Source: Lytechinus pictus
Lineage: Eukaryota
Direction of reading: 5' to 3'
NCBI RefSeq assembly: GCF_037042905.1
Contig: NC_087261.1
Span: forward strand, 8,246,001 to 8,310,000
Length of the DNA: 64,000 bases
Shown: positions 62,732-64,000 of the stretch, piece after piece
Numbering within the stretch: position 1 is the first letter of the stretch
Layout: each line of letters starts with the position of its first letter
The notes under the pieces: generated by a model
Database searches by the model: none
What the model was told of the DNA's origin: nothing
What the model saw: only the letters and a program-made list of their open reading frames with translations
Made by a program: the position numbers and the translations under genes

Positions 62732-64000
62732 TAGATATACAACTTTAGATACTGCATTTCATTTATTTATTTGTTTTGTTTCATTTACATTGAGGAAAAG
62801 CAAAGAAGTGGAAAAAGAAGTTTGTCCCCCCACCCACCAAAGACAAGGGGGAAAAATTCCATTGGCCTTGCTGTCTCAATAACAAATTTTAATTTAAATC
62901 TTAAGAAGGGAAATGCTTGCAGTTCTATGTAACTCAATGTTCTGGCCAATCTTCAAATATGGGCAGCACAATATAATCCTGAGACATGCACAATATGAGA
63001 TTGTTGAGATCTTGTTATACAATATGATGGAAAATCATTCAGCGAAGCTCTCATCACCCTGATTCATGGCATTCCAGGAATAAGTGAGCTGCTCTCCTTA
63101 CGCATGACATGGTATAGTGTGCAAGGTATAGGTATCACACAAAGAATGCTCTAAACTGAATCACATAATATGTTGAAGACGAACTGCAAGAGACCCATTT
63201 ACAATGCAATAAAAATGTTTGATTACATATATGATGTTCATAATAAAATTTGTGATTTTTATATTGTTTGCAGTAGAAGCATGTAGGTAGGTACATGTAG
63301 TTGCTTCTTGCTTGACAGGCCTGATGATTAAACCTTTAAAGCCTAATCCCAAATCCCCTATTTTTACCTGGGGGCCATTTTATAAAGCTGTTCGTATGAA
63401 GATAAGAAGGACTTTAAGAACGACTGGGGATCCTACATGTATCTTGTGGTAATATTTGCATTTTAAATGTTAATTGGTGATTATTTTGCACGCAAGAAAG
63501 GTTCAGTCATTCTTAACAAACAGCTTTATGAAACACCCCCCCCCCCCCCGATCATGTTCATGTTTGTATTGAAACTAATACAAATATATATGGGGGCTCT
63601 GTGCAGATTTGCTCCTGAAATGCACCCAAAGCCCTAGAAATCTGACCCCCAAAAAAGCACATGAATAGGGCTCAACCAATGCTGTAAACCTGTATGCAAT
63701 ACAGGATAGAGTGGGTAGAAATTTTAGCAAGGAAAAAAAGTAAAGCCTATAAAATCTAGCATTGAAGATTGTATTTTTTTTCTTCAAAAAGTGAAATTCC
63801 CTGGGTTGAATGCAGTTTTACCAGCTAACTGTTTGTTATAAAGCAGAAAGTTTTTCATTTAACATTTTAACATATTACTCTACATATAGGTTCAAATGTA
63901 CCTGGTACAGGTGTATGTACATAAGACTGTATTGCACTTACATAATGTACAGTACAGTGTATGTGCACCTGCGAGTGTGATTGGGTATTGGGTGTTTTCT

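Overview
AT-rich, intron-rich, repeat-dense animal genomic DNA. The repeat landscape and protein divergence suggest an invertebrate deuterostome such as a sea urchin; this is an inference. There is one assembly gap at 5350-5677. Two complete genes lie head-to-head and were reconstructed by hand with consistent splice phases. DEPTOR (DEP-DEP-PDZ mTOR inhibitor) is on the minus strand with 9 coding exons at 12493-23531 (407 aa). BPNT2/IMPAD1 (Golgi PAP phosphatase) is on the plus strand with 5 exons at 28267-38882 (356 aa). Probable first exon(s) of a third plus-strand gene lie at about 47.4 and 52.3 kb. The rest is non-autonomous DNA transposons (Kolobok/T2-type TTAA MITEs, hAT, hAT5-like, Harbinger-like, Sola-like), tRNA-derived CORE-type SINEs and tandem arrays. 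Main surprises: (1) a SINE-like repeat with a 7SL/Alu-domain head fused to a B box and a Deu-like body, in two copies; (2) strong enrichment of TA-NNNN-TA palindromes (TACATGTA about 45 times by eye), some visibly inserted as 6 bp at TA inside older repeats, which look like DNA-transposon excision footprints and partition by gene body versus promoter; (3) three independent exons in two genes whose 3' part plus splice donor is tandemly amplified into the downstream intron; (4) satellite higher-order repeats growing inside a hAT element.
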